From NCBI GenBank assembly GCA_024641635.1, contig JAHECS010000001.1, forward strand, positions 25,781-89,780: a stretch of DNA of 64,000 nt. Direction: 5' to 3'. Made by a program: the position numbers and the translations under genes. This document shows positions 10,704 to 21,304 of this stretch, piece after piece (the first letter of the stretch is position 1; the number at the start of each line of letters is the position of its first letter). Below the pieces are notes generated by a model. That model saw only the letters and a program-made list of their open reading frames with translations. It made no database searches and was not told the DNA's origin. The DNA is from Actinomycetes bacterium (GTDB taxonomy: Bacteria > Actinomycetota > Actinomycetes > S36-B12).

Positions 10704-11637
10704 GACCGGCGAGCCTAGTAGCGTGCCGAGGATGCGCGACGAGACGGACGATCGGAGCCTGGCCGGGGCTCGTCGGCGCGGTCCGCTGCGTCCGGGCGAC
10801 CTCGTGCAGCTGACCGACCCTCGCGGGAAGATGCACACGATCACGCTCATCGAAGGCGGGGAGTTCCACACGCATCGCGGTCGGCTGCCCCACGACGACC
10901 TCATCGGCGCTCCCGAGGGCAGCGTCGTCACGTCGAGCAACGGGACGGCGTACCTCGCCCTTCGCCCGATCCTCGACGACTTCGTGCTGGCCATGCCCCG
11001 CGGCGCCCAGGTCATCTATCCCAAGGACGCTGCGCGGATCGTGGGGCTGGCGAACCTCGGTCCGGGCGCGCGGGTCGCCGAGGCCGGCGTGGGGTCAGGC
11101 GCGCTGACGTGCTCGCTGGTGAGGGCGGTCGGCGACGACGGCGAGGTGCACAGCTACGAGCGCCGGGCCGACTTCGCCGAGATCGCCGAGGCCAACGTCA
11201 CCAGGTACTTCGGCCTCCGACCGAACTCGTGGAACCTGACGGTGGGGGATCTCGTGGAGAGCCTCGATCTCACGGGCCTGGATGCCGTCATCCTCGACAT
11301 GCTGGCCCCGTGGGAGTGCGTCGACGCGGTCGCCGGGGCACTGGCCCCGGGCGGCATCCTCGTGGCGTACGTGGCGACGACGACGCAGATGTCGCTCCTC
11401 GTGGAGACCATGCGCGTGGCGGGACACTGGACCGAGCCACGGGCCGAGGAGTCGCTCCTGCGCACCTGGCACCTCGAGGGGCTCGCGGTGCGACCCGATC
11501 ACCGCATGAACGGGCACACCGCCTTCCTGGTGACCGCTCGACGACTCGCTCCCGGCACCGTGCTGCCGCCACGGCGTCGACGTCCGGCCCCTGGCGCCTA
11601 CGGCGACGACTACACCGGTCCGCGCGCCGCGGAGTGA
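10702..11637 (+). CDS. trmI: tRNA (adenine58-N1)-methyltransferase
   Basis: GCD14/TrmI N-terminal beta-domain (LVQLTDPRGKMHTITLIEGGEFHTHRG) and SAM motif (VAEAGVGSGALT). The start is uncertain; an alternative ATG lies at 10732. Confidence 0.85.
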   Translation: MTGEPSSVPRMRDETDDRSLAGARRRGPLRPGDLVQLTDPRGKMHTITLIEGGEFHTHRGRLPHDDLIGAPEGSVVTSSNGTAYLALRPILDDFVLAMPRGAQVIYPKDAARIVGLANLGPGARVAEAGVGSGALTCSLVRAVGDDGEVHSYERRADFAEIAEANVTRYFGLRPNSWNLTVGDLVESLDLTGLDAVILDMLAPWECVDAVAGALAPGGILVAYVATTTQMSLLVETMRVAGHWTEPRAEESLLRTWHLEGLAVRPDHRMNGHTAFLVTARRLAPGTVLPPRRRRPAPGAYGDDYTGPRAAE

Positions 11638-11715
11638 CCATCCGCCATCGGCGAGATCGTGTCCCCGCGTGGATCGGGCAGTTCCGGGTTACAGTGGCGG
11701 ATCGAGGGAGGTGCG

Positions 11716-13377
11716 ATGACTGAGTCGGCTGACTGGCAGGTTCGGGTCCACACGCTGGAGACCGCAATGAGCGAGCTGCGCGGCGAACTGGCCGCGCAGA
11801 AGGACCACAACTCGAGGCTCATCTCGACCCTGCGCGAGGCGCGTGAGCAGATCGTCAACCTCAAGGCGGAGGTGGATCGACTCGGCGAGCCGCCCAGCGG
11901 CTTCGGCACGATCGTGGCGCTGAACGATGACGGATCCGCCGTCATCGTCGCCTCCGGGCGCAAGCTGCGAGTGGCCGTCAGCCCCGGTATCGATCCGGAG
12001 CTGCTCCGGCCGGGCCGCGAGGTCCTCCTCAACGAGTCGATGAACGTCATCGAGTCCCTGACCTTCGAGGACACCGGCGAGATCGTCGTGTTCAAGGAGT
12101 TCCTCGAGGACGGCGTGCGAGCCCTGGTCGTCGGCCACACCGATGAGGAGCGCGTCGTCCGCGTCGCGCAGCCCCTTCGCGAGCGGCGGGTGCGCGCGGG
12201 TGACTCGCTGCTGTGCGACGTGCGTGCCGGCTACGTCTACGAGCTGATTCCCAAGTCCGAGGTCGAGGAACTGGTTCTCGAGGAGGTGCCGGACATCCGC
12301 TACCAGGACATCGGCGGCCTCGGCGACCAGATCGACGCCATCCGCGACGCCGTGGAACTGCCCTTCATGCACCCCGACCTCTTCGCCGAGCACGATCTCA
12401 AGCCGCCGAAGGGCATCCTGCTCTACGGGCCTCCGGGCTGCGGGAAGACGCTCATCGCCAAGGCGGTCGCCAACTCGCTGGCCAAGAAGGTCGCAGAGCG
12501 CACGGGGCGTGAGGAGGGTAGGTCGTACTTCCTCAACATCAAGGGTCCCGAGCTGCTCAACAAGTACGTCGGCGAGACGGAGCGGCACATCCGGCTGGTC
12601 TTCCAGCGGGCCCGCGAGAAGGCTTCCGAGGGTATGCCCGTGATCGTGTTCTTCGACGAGATGGACTCCCTTTTCCGTACTCGCGGCAGTGGGGTGTCCA
12701 GCGACGTCGAGAACACGATCGTTCCGCAGCTCCTCAGCGAGATCGACGGCGTCGAGAGCCTGGAGAACGTGATCGTCATCGGCGCCTCGAACCGAGAGGA
12801 CATGATCGACCCCGCGATCCTGCGGCCCGGCCGGCTCGACGTGAAGATCAAGATCGAGCGCCCCGACGCCGAGGCGGCGCGGGACATCTTCAGCAAGTAC
12901 CTCGTGCCCGGACTGCCCGTCCACCCGGACGACCTCGCCGAGCACGGTGGCGACGCCGAGACCGCATGCCGCGCGATGATCCAGAGCGCCATCGAGCGCA
13001 TGTACGCGGAGTCCGACGAGAACATGTTCCTCGAGGTGACGTACGCCAACGGGGACAAGGAGGTCCTGTACTTCAAGGACTTCAACTCCGGGGCGATGAT
13101 CGAGAACATCGTCGCCCGGGCCAAGAAGATGGCCATCAAGGACTTCCTCGACACGGGGGAGAAGGGCATTCGCGTCCAGCACGTTCTCACCGCATGCATC
13201 GACGAGTTCCGCGAGAACGAGGACCTGCCCAACACGACGAACCCCGACGACTGGGCGCGCATCTCGGGCAAGAAGGGCGAGCGCATCGTCTTCATCCGCA
13301 CGCTGATCCAGGGCAAGAAGGGCTCGGAGCCGGGCCGGTCCATCGAGAACGTGGCGAACACCGGGCAGTACCTGTAG
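11716..13377 (+). CDS. arc: proteasome-associated AAA ATPase ARC/Mpa
   Basis: N-terminal coiled coil, OB domains, Walker A GPPGCGKT, and the C-terminal ...TGQYL tail characteristic of Mpa/ARC. An RBS (GAGGGAGG) lies before the ATG at 11716. Confidence 0.95.
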   Translation: MTESADWQVRVHTLETAMSELRGELAAQKDHNSRLISTLREAREQIVNLKAEVDRLGEPPSGFGTIVALNDDGSAVIVASGRKLRVAVSPGIDPELLRPGREVLLNESMNVIESLTFEDTGEIVVFKEFLEDGVRALVVGHTDEERVVRVAQPLRERRVRAGDSLLCDVRAGYVYELIPKSEVEELVLEEVPDIRYQDIGGLGDQIDAIRDAVELPFMHPDLFAEHDLKPPKGILLYGPPGCGKTLIAKAVANSLAKKVAERTGREEGRSYFLNIKGPELLNKYVGETERHIRLVFQRAREKASEGMPVIVFFDEMDSLFRTRGSGVSSDVENTIVPQLLSEIDGVESLENVIVIGASNREDMIDPAILRPGRLDVKIKIERPDAEAARDIFSKYLVPGLPVHPDDLAEHGGDAETACRAMIQSAIERMYAESDENMFLEVTYANGDKEVLYFKDFNSGAMIENIVARAKKMAIKDFLDTGEKGIRVQHVLTACIDEFRENEDLPNTTNPDDWARISGKKGERIVFIRTLIQGKKGSEPGRSIENVANTGQYL

Positions 13378-14907
13378 ATGACCGTCCGCCGGGTGATGGG
13401 CATCGAGACGGAGTACGGGATCTCCGTCCCGGGCTTCCCGAACCTCAACCCGATGGTGACGAGCTCGCAGGTGGTCAACGCATACGGCCAGTACGTCCTG
13501 CACGGCCCCCGGCACCGGACGAACTGGGACTACGAGCTGGAGAACCCGCTCCGGGACGCACGCGGTTTCGACATGTCCCGGGCGGACGCGGATCCCACGC
13601 AGCTGACCGACGATGACCTCGGCATGGCGAACGTGATCCTCACCAACGGCGCCCGCCTCTACGTGGATCACGCCCACCCCGAGCTCTCGACCCCCGAGGT
13701 GACGAACCCCCGCGACGCCGTCCTCTGGGACAGGGCGGGCATGGAGATCATGAGGACGGCCATCCGCCTCGCGGCCGACATCCCCGAGACCCATCCCATC
13801 GTGCTCTACAAGAACAACACCGACAACAAGGGCGCGTCGTACGGCTGTCACGAGAACTACCTCATGAAGCGTTCGACGCCGTTCGCTGACATCGTCCGTC
13901 ACCTGACGCCGTTCTTCATCACCCGCCAGGTGTTCACCGGCGCCGGACGCCTCGGCCGCGGCCAGGACGGCCGCGCGCTGGCCTTCCAGCTGAGCCAGCG
14001 GGCAGATTTCTTCGAGGTGGAGGTCGGGCTCGAGACCACCCTCAAGCGCCCGATCATCAACACCCGCGACGAGCCGCACGCAGATCCCGAGCGCTTCCGC
14101 CGCCTGCACGTCATCGTGGGGGACGCCAACCTCAGCGACACCGCCACCTTCCTCAAGATCGGCACGACGGCGATCATGCTGTCGATGATCGAGGAGGGTG
14201 CCCTGCGCGGCAGGGAGTGGACGCCGGCACGTCCCGTGGCCGAGATGCACGCCGTCTCCCACGACGACACGCTGCGGCACCGGCTGCGCCTCGCGGACGA
14301 TCGCGAGCTGACCGCCCTCGAGGTCCAGTGGGAGCTCTACGAGCAGGCCCGGGACTTCTGCACCCGGTCCGATCATGCCGAGCCGGACGTACAGACCGAC
14401 GAGGTCCTCGACCTGTGGGAGGAGGTCCTCACCGCTCTGGGCCGCGACCCGGTCGAGCTGGCCGACCGTCTCGACTGGGTGGCCAAGCGCGAACTGATGG
14501 CGGGGTTCGTCCGCCGGGACGGGATCGCCTGGGACTCCCCACGGCTGCAGCTCATCGACCTGCAGTATGCGGACATCAGGCCGGAGAAGGGGCTCGCGTC
14601 ACGACTCGAGGCTCGCGGAAGGCTCCGACGCATGTTCACCGACGACGAGGTGGCGTGCGCGGTGGACCGTGCGCCCGAGGACACCCGCGCCTACTTCCGT
14701 GGCGAGTGCATCCGGCGGTACCCGGAGTCCGTGGCCGCCGCCTCATGGGACTCCGTCGTGTTCGACGTCCCGGGCCGGGAATCCCTGCTGCGCGTGCCGA
14801 CCCTCGAGCCGGTGCGCGGAACACGGGCCCACGTCGGCGCCCTGCTCGACTCGGCTCCGGACGCGGCGACCCTCATCGACAGGCTGATCCCCGACGGATC
14901 GCGATAG
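13378..14907 (+). CDS. dop: Pup deamidase/depupylase Dop
   Basis: MGIETEYGIS..., and NG.R.YVDH.HPE in the Dop/PafA fold. Lies immediately upstream of pup, and carries the Dop-type insertion relative to the paralog at 16642. Confidence 0.9.
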   Translation: MTVRRVMGIETEYGISVPGFPNLNPMVTSSQVVNAYGQYVLHGPRHRTNWDYELENPLRDARGFDMSRADADPTQLTDDDLGMANVILTNGARLYVDHAHPELSTPEVTNPRDAVLWDRAGMEIMRTAIRLAADIPETHPIVLYKNNTDNKGASYGCHENYLMKRSTPFADIVRHLTPFFITRQVFTGAGRLGRGQDGRALAFQLSQRADFFEVEVGLETTLKRPIINTRDEPHADPERFRRLHVIVGDANLSDTATFLKIGTTAIMLSMIEEGALRGREWTPARPVAEMHAVSHDDTLRHRLRLADDRELTALEVQWELYEQARDFCTRSDHAEPDVQTDEVLDLWEEVLTALGRDPVELADRLDWVAKRELMAGFVRRDGIAWDSPRLQLIDLQYADIRPEKGLASRLEARGRLRRMFTDDEVACAVDRAPEDTRAYFRGECIRRYPESVAAASWDSVVFDVPGRESLLRVPTLEPVRGTRAHVGALLDSAPDAATLIDRLIPDGSR

Positions 14908-14916
14908 CCTGAAGCC

Positions 14917-15117
14917 ATGCCGCAGCGAGAGAACGCCGAGCAACGACGGGTCGACCGAACCGACGAGGTCGACGAGGTCGAGGCGCCCCAGTCCGCGGAG
15001 GCAGCGCCCTCGGAGCTCGACGCGGACGTCGATGCGATCCTCGACGAGATCGACAGCGTCCTCGAGGAGAACGCCGAGGACTTCGTGAAGTCCTTCGTCC
15101 AGAAGGGCGGGCAGTGA
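14917..15117 (+). CDS. pup: prokaryotic ubiquitin-like protein Pup
   Basis: 66 aa, acidic, with C-terminal ...[11 protein letters not shown]. Confidence 0.95.
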   Translation: MPQRENAEQRRVDRTDEVDEVEAPQSAEAAPSELDADVDAILDEIDSVLEENAEDFVKSFVQKGGQ

Positions 15118-15950
15118 CCTCGTCACCGGGCCTGCCCGAGCCGTACCGACTCACCGGCACCTCCTCCTTCGTCGAGTTCCTGGCCGCCCTGCACCCTGAG
15201 CGTCTGCGCCTCACAGGTGTCGACGCGTCGTCGGTGGCCCCCCACGGAACGACGATCGTGGCCCTCCGGACATCGGACGGGGTGGTCATGGCGGGCGACC
15301 GGCGCGCCACGATGGGCAACCTCATCGCGCAGCACGACATCGAGAAGGTCTTCGCCGCCGACGAGCACTCGGTGATCGGCATCGCCGGGACCGCCGGCCT
15401 GGCCGTCGAGCTCGTCCGGATCTTCCAGGTGGAGCTCGAGCACTACGAGAAGATCGAGGGCGTGCCGCTGTCGCTCGACGGCAAGGCCAACCGTCTCGCC
15501 ACGATGCTGCGCGGCAACCTGGGACTCGCACTGCAAGGGCTCGCCGTGGTGCCCCTTTTCGCGGGGTACGACCTGGCGCGGGGCACGGGGCGGATCTTCT
15601 CCTACGACGTGACGGGTGGTCGCTACGAGGAGCACGACTTCTACGCGGTGGGCTCGGGCTCGACCTTCGCCCGAGGATCCCTGAAGAAGCTCTTCCGGCG
15701 CGCCGCCAGCACGGATGACGCGGTCATGGCCGCGCTCGAGGCCCTCTACGACGCAGCGGACGACGACAGCGCCACCGGCGGTCCGGACATGGCCCGTGGC
15801 ATCTTCCCGGTTGTCGCCGTCGTCGACGCGCAGGGCGCTCGCGTGCTCAGGGACGACGAGGTAGCGCCTCGGGTGGCGGCGATGCTGACCGGGCGGAGCC
15901 TGCATCCCGACGGCCCGCCGTCTGACCGGGGTGGGGAGGCCTCCTCATGA
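15114..15950 (+). CDS. prcB: 20S proteasome beta subunit
   Basis: Propeptide followed by the HG/TTIVAL processing site. GTGA overlap with the pup stop. Confidence 0.95.
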   Translation: MTSSPGLPEPYRLTGTSSFVEFLAALHPERLRLTGVDASSVAPHGTTIVALRTSDGVVMAGDRRATMGNLIAQHDIEKVFAADEHSVIGIAGTAGLAVELVRIFQVELEHYEKIEGVPLSLDGKANRLATMLRGNLGLALQGLAVVPLFAGYDLARGTGRIFSYDVTGGRYEEHDFYAVGSGSTFARGSLKKLFRRAASTDDAVMAALEALYDAADDDSATGGPDMARGIFPVVAVVDAQGARVLRDDEVAPRVAAMLTGRSLHPDGPPSDRGGEASS

Positions 15951-16636
15951 GCGTGCCCTTCTACGTCTCGCCCGAGCAGATCATGCGCGACAAGGCGGAC
16001 TTCGCCCGCAAGGGCATCGCCCGGGGCCGAAGCGTGATCGTCATGCAGTACGACGGCGGCATCGTCTTCGTGGCCGAGAACCCGTCCAGGGCTCTCCACA
16101 AGATCAGCGAGCTGTACGACCGGATCGGCTTCGCGGCCGTGGGCAAGTACAACGAGTTCGAGTCCCTGCGGGTCGCCGGCGTCAGGCTCGCAGACATGCG
16201 GGGCTACTCCTACGACCGATCGGACGTCACCGGGCGCAGCCTGGCGAACGCCTACGCGCAGACACTCGGCACGATCTTCACCGAGACCGCCAAGCCGTTC
16301 GAGGTGGAGATCGTGGTCGCCGAGGTCGGCACCGAGCCCGGCGAGGACGAGTTGTACCGGCTGATGTTCGACGGGTCGGTCGCCGACGAGCGGGGCTACG
16401 TCGCCATGGGCGGCTCCGCCGAGCCGATCACCAGCTCGCTGGCCGACGCCTGGCACGACGGCATGGACCTGGGGGAGTGCATCCGCGTCGCCGTTCGGCT
16501 CCTTGGCGAGCACGGCGAGGAGCATGCTCGCACGCTCGTACCTGCTCAGCTCGAGGTCGCCGTCCTCGACCGGTCCCGGCCACGCCGGACCTTCCAGCGA
16601 CTCTCGAACGGACGGCTGGCCGAGCTCCTCGGCTGA
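15947..16636 (+). CDS. prcA: 20S proteasome alpha subunit
   Basis: [24 protein letters not shown]... is a typical PrcA N-terminus. ATGA overlap with prcB. Confidence 0.95.
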   Translation: MSVPFYVSPEQIMRDKADFARKGIARGRSVIVMQYDGGIVFVAENPSRALHKISELYDRIGFAAVGKYNEFESLRVAGVRLADMRGYSYDRSDVTGRSLANAYAQTLGTIFTETAKPFEVEIVVAEVGTEPGEDELYRLMFDGSVADERGYVAMGGSAEPITSSLADAWHDGMDLGECIRVAVRLLGEHGEEHARTLVPAQLEVAVLDRSRPRRTFQRLSNGRLAELLG

Positions 16637-16641
16637 TCGCC

Positions 16642-18012
16642 ATGGACCGCAGGATCTTCGGGATCGAGACCGAGTACGGGGTCACCTGCACGTTCAACGG
16701 GCAGAGGCGGCTCAGCCCCGACGAGGTTGCGCGCTACCTGTTCCGGCGGGTGGTCGCCTGGGGGCGCAGCAGCAACGTCTTCCTCACCAACGGATCCCGG
16801 CTCTACCTCGACGTGGGCAGCCACCCCGAGTACGCGACCGCCGAGTGCGACAGCATCACCCAGCTCGTCACCCACGACCGGGCCGGGGAGCGCATCCTCG
16901 AGGGGCTGGTCCACGATGCCGAGCGCCGCCTGCGCGAGGAGGGCATCCACGGTGACATCTACCTGTTCAAGAACAACACCGACTCGGCTGGCAACTCCTA
17001 CGGGTGCCACGAGAACTACCTCGTCGAGCGACGTGGCGAGTTCGCGCGACTCGCTGAGCGTTTCATCCCCTTCCTCATCTCGCGGCAGCTGATCGCAGGT
17101 GCGGGCAAGGTGCTGCAGACCCCTCGTGGCGCCGTCTACTGCCTGAGCCAGAGGGCCGACCACATGTGGGAGGGCGTCTCCAGCGCCACCACCCGGTCCC
17201 GTCCGATCATCAACACCCGCGACGAACCGCATGCCGATGCGGACCTGTACCGCCGACTGCACGTCATCGTCGGCGACAGCAACATGAGCGAGACGACCAC
17301 GATGCTGAAGGTGGGATCGGCGGACCTGGTCCTGCGGATGCTCGAGGCCGGCGTGGTGATGCGGGACATGAGCCTGGAGAACCCCATCCGTGCGATCCGC
17401 GAGATGAGCCACGACGTCTCGGGGAAGCGGCCCGTCAAGCTGACGACCGGCCGCGAGCTCTCAGCGCTCGCGATGCAGTGGGAGTACTTCGAGAAGGCCT
17501 CGGACTTCGCGGAGCGGCGTGGGCTCGTCGACGAGCCCACGGGCACCACCCGGCGCGTCCTCGAGCTGTGGGGCAGGTCCCTCAAGGCGGTGGAGGCCGA
17601 CGACCTCTCCCTCATCGACCGGGAGATCGACTGGGCCATCAAGCTCCGCATGCTGCGGCGGTACATGGACAAGCACGACCTCACCCTCGAATCGGCCCGG
17701 ATCGGGCAGCTCGATCTCGCGTATCACGACATCAGCCGTCGGCGAGGCCTGTACAACCTCCTCGAGCGCAGCGGCATGGTGGAGCGCGTCACGACCGACC
17801 TCGCCGTCTTCGAGGCCAAGTCCGTGCCGCCCCAGACCACTCGGGCGAAGCTCCGTGGGGACTTCGTCCGCAGGGCGCAGGAGAGGCATCGGGACTTCAC
17901 GGTCGACTGGGTGCACCTCAAGCTGAACGATCAAGCCCAGCGGACCGTGCTGTGCAAGGACCCGTTCGCGAGCGTGGACGAGCGGGTCGAACGGCTGATC
18001 GCGAGCATGTGA
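16642..18012 (+). CDS. pafA: Pup-protein ligase PafA
   Basis: [16 protein letters not shown]..., paralogous to Dop. ATG at 16642; the track ORF beginning at 15931 is an in-frame stop-free extension across prcA. Confidence 0.9.
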   Translation: MDRRIFGIETEYGVTCTFNGQRRLSPDEVARYLFRRVVAWGRSSNVFLTNGSRLYLDVGSHPEYATAECDSITQLVTHDRAGERILEGLVHDAERRLREEGIHGDIYLFKNNTDSAGNSYGCHENYLVERRGEFARLAERFIPFLISRQLIAGAGKVLQTPRGAVYCLSQRADHMWEGVSSATTRSRPIINTRDEPHADADLYRRLHVIVGDSNMSETTTMLKVGSADLVLRMLEAGVVMRDMSLENPIRAIREMSHDVSGKRPVKLTTGRELSALAMQWEYFEKASDFAERRGLVDEPTGTTRRVLELWGRSLKAVEADDLSLIDREIDWAIKLRMLRRYMDKHDLTLESARIGQLDLAYHDISRRRGLYNLLERSGMVERVTTDLAVFEAKSVPPQTTRAKLRGDFVRRAQERHRDFTVDWVHLKLNDQAQRTVLCKDPFASVDERVERLIASM

Positions 18013-18067
18013 GCGGCTCGCTGGGCGTGCTCACCCGCGGGAGTCCTTCGTTGGCTAGGCTCAGGGC

Positions 18068-18676
18068 ATGAATCGAACCCTCGTCCTTGCAGCCGGTGGC
18101 GCCGCCCTCCTGGTCCTCACAGCGGGCTGCGGGCAGCAGACCGACGACCGAGTCGATACCTCGGGAGAAACGGCCGGCGCGTCGATCGAGAGCCAGGTGG
18201 CCGCGGCCACCCCGTACGTCACCCTCGACTGCACGAGCCTGCAGGGCATGCCGGTCGATGAGCCGCCCGCCAGCGGCACCACCGTCGGTTCGGCCACGGC
18301 GATCTTCCAGCCCAACGGCGCCCCGGCGCTGACGATCGCGACCGGTGCCCAGCCCGCGACGGAGCTCGGCATCGCTGACATCACCGAGGGCGAGGGGGCA
18401 GAGGCCCAGACCGGCGACACGATCACGGTCAACTACTGCGGTGTCGGCTACGGCGGCCAGACGGTCTTCGACTCCTCGTGGACGCGCGGCGAGCCGGCCA
18501 CCTTCCCGCTCTCCGGCCTCATCCAGGGCTGGCAGGAGGGCATCCCCGGCATGAAGGTCGGCGGGCAGCGCCTGCTGGAGATCCCCGGATCCCTTGCCTA
18601 CGGCGAGACGGGTACGCAGGGCATCGGGCCCGACGAGACGCTCGCGTTCGTCATCCAGCTCGAGTCCATCGGCTAG
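18068..18676 (+). CDS. FKBP-type peptidyl-prolyl cis-trans isomerase, lipoprotein
   Basis: Lipobox signal (LLVLTAGCGQ). C-terminal FKBP domain (YCGVGY..FDSSW..GLIQGWQEGIPGMKVGG). Confidence 0.85.
   Translation: MNRTLVLAAGGAALLVLTAGCGQQTDDRVDTSGETAGASIESQVAAATPYVTLDCTSLQGMPVDEPPASGTTVGSATAIFQPNGAPALTIATGAQPATELGIADITEGEGAEAQTGDTITVNYCGVGYGGQTVFDSSWTRGEPATFPLSGLIQGWQEGIPGMKVGGQRLLEIPGSLAYGETGTQGIGPDETLAFVIQLESIG
18527..18564 (+). repeat. 38-nt exact repeat shared by the two tandem FKBP genes (second copy at 18901-18938)
   Basis: ggctggcaggagggcatccccggcatgaaggtcggcgg occurs identically at both positions, encoding GWQEGIPGMKVGG. Confidence 0.9.
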
Positions 18677-18687
18677 AGGAGGACATC

Positions 18688-19050
18688 GTGGCCAGCAAGC
18701 CTGAGATCGACTTCATCGAGGGTCCGGCACCCGATGCGCTCGTCATCACAGATGTCGTGGTCGGCGAGGGAGCCGAGGCGGTGCCCGGCGGGCAGGTCGA
18801 GGTGCACTACGTCGGCGTGGACTTCGAGACCGGTGAGCAGTTCGACGCGTCGTGGGACCGCGGGCAGTCCATCAGCTTCCCGCTGAACGGACTCATCGCC
18901 GGCTGGCAGGAGGGCATCCCCGGCATGAAGGTCGGCGGACGCCGCCAGCTCGTCATCCCCCCGGCCCTGGCCTACGGCGAATCGGGTGCGGGCCACCGGC
19001 TGTCCGGACGCACCCTGGTGTTCGTGATCGACCTGCTCGACGTGGGGTAG
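18688..19050 (+). CDS. FKBP-type peptidyl-prolyl cis-trans isomerase (cytosolic)
   Basis: FKBP domain (VHYVGVDFETGEQFDASWDRGQSISFPLNGLIAGWQEGIPGMKVGG). GTG at 18688 preceded by GGAGGA. Confidence 0.85.
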   Translation: MASKPEIDFIEGPAPDALVITDVVVGEGAEAVPGGQVEVHYVGVDFETGEQFDASWDRGQSISFPLNGLIAGWQEGIPGMKVGGRRQLVIPPALAYGESGAGHRLSGRTLVFVIDLLDVG

Positions 19051-19060
19051 CCGACCCCGA

Positions 19061-20038
19061 ATGACAGACCGCATCGACCGCACTGAGCGTCTGCTCAATC
19101 TGGTCATCTGCCTCATGGCATCCACCGTTGCGGTGTCGCGCGCACAGATCAGGGACCAGATCCCCGGGTACGCCGAGACCGCATCACCGTCGGCCTTCGA
19201 GCGCATGTTCGAGCGCGACAAGGACGAGCTGCGCTCGATGGGCATCCCGGTCGAGACCGTCTCGGATGCCAGCGGCGAGGTGCTCGGCTACCGCATCCCG
19301 CAGGACCGCTACGCCCTCGACGGGCTGGAGCTGACCATCGAGGAGCGAGCCGCCGTCGCCGTGGCCGCCCAGGTATGGGGACAGGCGGTGGTGGCTCCCG
19401 TCGCCGGAACGGCACTGCGCAAGCTCGAGACCACGGCCGACCCGGAGTCGTGGGCGCCGGCCGGGCTCCAGGGGAGCATCCAGCTCACGACCACCGATGG
19501 CGCCCTCCTGCCGCTCATGGCAGCGCTGCGCCAGGAGCGCGTCGTCACCTTCCCCTACCGGGCCCCCAGCGAGGAGTCAGCGCGGACTCGAACGGTGTCG
19601 CCGTGGGGCCTGCGCTCGGCGTCCGGACACTGGTTCCTCGTCGGATACGACCATGACCGCGCCGCCGGACGCACGTTCCGGCTCTCCCGGATCGCCGGAG
19701 CCGTCACCGTCACCACCCACGAGCGTGTTCAGGGTCCTCCGCCCGGGTTCGACATCGCGGGCGTCGGGTCGGGGGAGCCGGAGGACCGGGTGACGGCGCG
19801 GTTGCGCGTGCGCCCGGGCCGTGCGGCATCCCTGCGCCGCCGGGCCGTGCCGGTCGAGGGCAGCGATCCCTGGACGGCGGAGGAGGTCACCGTGGCGGCG
19901 GGATCGGTCGACGAACTGGTCTCGCTCGCCTGCGCTGCCGGTCCGGATGCCGTCGTCGTCGAGCCGGACCACATCGCCGAGCGGGTGCGAGCGGCGCTGA
20001 GCGAGATCCTCGTCCGACACCGGGGCGGAGCAGCATGA
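19061..20038 (+). CDS. pafB: HTH/WYL-domain transcriptional regulator PafB
   Basis: N-terminal HTH (RLLNLVICL), a WYL-type domain and a C-terminal extension. Paired with its paralog downstream and positioned next to pafA and tatAC. Confidence 0.8.
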   Translation: MTDRIDRTERLLNLVICLMASTVAVSRAQIRDQIPGYAETASPSAFERMFERDKDELRSMGIPVETVSDASGEVLGYRIPQDRYALDGLELTIEERAAVAVAAQVWGQAVVAPVAGTALRKLETTADPESWAPAGLQGSIQLTTTDGALLPLMAALRQERVVTFPYRAPSEESARTRTVSPWGLRSASGHWFLVGYDHDRAAGRTFRLSRIAGAVTVTTHERVQGPPPGFDIAGVGSGEPEDRVTARLRVRPGRAASLRRRAVPVEGSDPWTAEEVTVAAGSVDELVSLACAAGPDAVVVEPDHIAERVRAALSEILVRHRGGAA

Positions 20039-20964
20039 GCGTGGCGGCCGGCGACCGGCTGGCCCGCCTTCTGGCTCTCGTGCCCTGGCTGCTCGCCCAT
20101 GACGGCATCACCATCGCCGAGTGCGCGGCCCACTTCGGCGTCGATGAGGAGCAGCTGGAGCGCGATCTGTGGCTGCTCGTCGTGTGCGGTACGCCCGGGT
20201 ACGGACCGGACCAGCTCGTCGACATCGACTTCTGGGACGACGGGGTGATCCATGTCCTGGACCCGCAGACCCTGGGTCGCCCGCTGCGCCTGACCCACGA
20301 AGAGGCGATGACGCTGCTGGTGGCCCTGCGCATGCTGGCCCAGCTGCCCGGCATCGGAGACCGTGACGCGATCGTCACCGCGGCAGCGAAGATCGAGCGG
20401 CTGGCGAGCGAAACCGGCTCCTCGCAGAACGTGGCCATCCAGGTGGACGTGCCGGTCGAGGTGCGCGAGGCCGTGGACGAGGCGCTCGCCTCCCACCGAG
20501 AGCTGGCCATCCGCTACGCGGCCGCGACCCGTGATGAGGTGACAGACCGCACGGTTCACCCGTTCCGCGTCCTCGCGGTCGACGGCGTGGGCTACCTCGA
20601 GGCGTACTGCACGTCAGCGGAGGCGCGCCGCACGTTCCGCCTCGACCGGATCCTCACCGCGTCCGTGCGCGAGCCCGTCACCGAGGCGCCGGCAGCGGCA
20701 TTCGAGGCCATCCCGGCTGCACCCTCGGCCACGGCACTTCTCGCCCTTGACCCCGCCGCCCGCTGGATCATCGACGTGCTCGCCGGCGCCGAAGTCGTGG
20801 GCGACGAGGACGGTCGAGCACTCGTGCGCCTGCCGCTGCACTCCGAAGAGTGGGCGGTGCGCCTGGTGCTCTCCCTGCGGGGGGCCGCGCAGGTCCGCGG
20901 GCCGGACGGACTGGTGGATGCGGTGGCTGACGCGGCCGAGGCAGCGCTGTCGTCGTACAGTTGA
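20035..20964 (+). CDS. pafC: HTH/WYL-domain transcriptional regulator PafC
   Basis: Paralog of pafB ([13 protein letters not shown]..., WYL-like core). ATGA overlap with pafB. Confidence 0.8.
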   Translation: MSVAAGDRLARLLALVPWLLAHDGITIAECAAHFGVDEEQLERDLWLLVVCGTPGYGPDQLVDIDFWDDGVIHVLDPQTLGRPLRLTHEEAMTLLVALRMLAQLPGIGDRDAIVTAAAKIERLASETGSSQNVAIQVDVPVEVREAVDEALASHRELAIRYAAATRDEVTDRTVHPFRVLAVDGVGYLEAYCTSAEARRTFRLDRILTASVREPVTEAPAAAFEAIPAAPSATALLALDPAARWIIDVLAGAEVVGDEDGRALVRLPLHSEEWAVRLVLSLRGAAQVRGPDGLVDAVADAAEAALSSYS

Positions 20965-21016
20965 GGGGTATCGTAGGAATCCGTCACAGGCCAGTCACAC
21001 ACTGAGGAGTCTTCGC

Positions 21017-21286
21017 GTGCCGAATCTCAAGGGCTGGGAATGGCTCATCATCGTCGCCCTCATCCTGCTGCTGTTCGGCGCCAAGCGCCTGCCAGATGCG
21101 GCCCGCGGCCTGGGCCGGTCCCTGCGGATCTTCAAGGCGGAGACGAAGGGCCTCGCCGACGACGCGAAGGGCGGCGCCGCGGCGGAGAGCGCGCCGAGCA
21201 CCCCAGCCGAGGCACCCGCCAGCCTCCCCCCGGCCCCGGGGACCACGCCCACCGACCCGGTCCCCACGGAGCGGGCAGAGGGCTGA
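21017..21286 (+). CDS. tatA: twin-arginine translocase subunit TatA/E
   Basis: [37 protein letters not shown] at 21017 with GAGGAG upstream. Confidence 0.9.
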   Translation: MPNLKGWEWLIIVALILLLFGAKRLPDAARGLGRSLRIFKAETKGLADDAKGGAAAESAPSTPAEAPASLPPAPGTTPTDPVPTERAEG

Positions 21287-21304
21287 CCGGGCCTCACCAC
21301 CCAC

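Noticed and set aside
15931-16641. N-terminal 237-aa extension of PafA in the ORF track. Similar extensions occur for lnt (30400), fxsA (32181), ACAD (27642), TauE (to 54466), inhA (to 57745) and fabG (to 58374).
   Set aside because: The extensions overlap well-supported neighbouring genes in another frame and are low-complexity. Conserved N-termini with RBS or 4-nt overlaps start further in.
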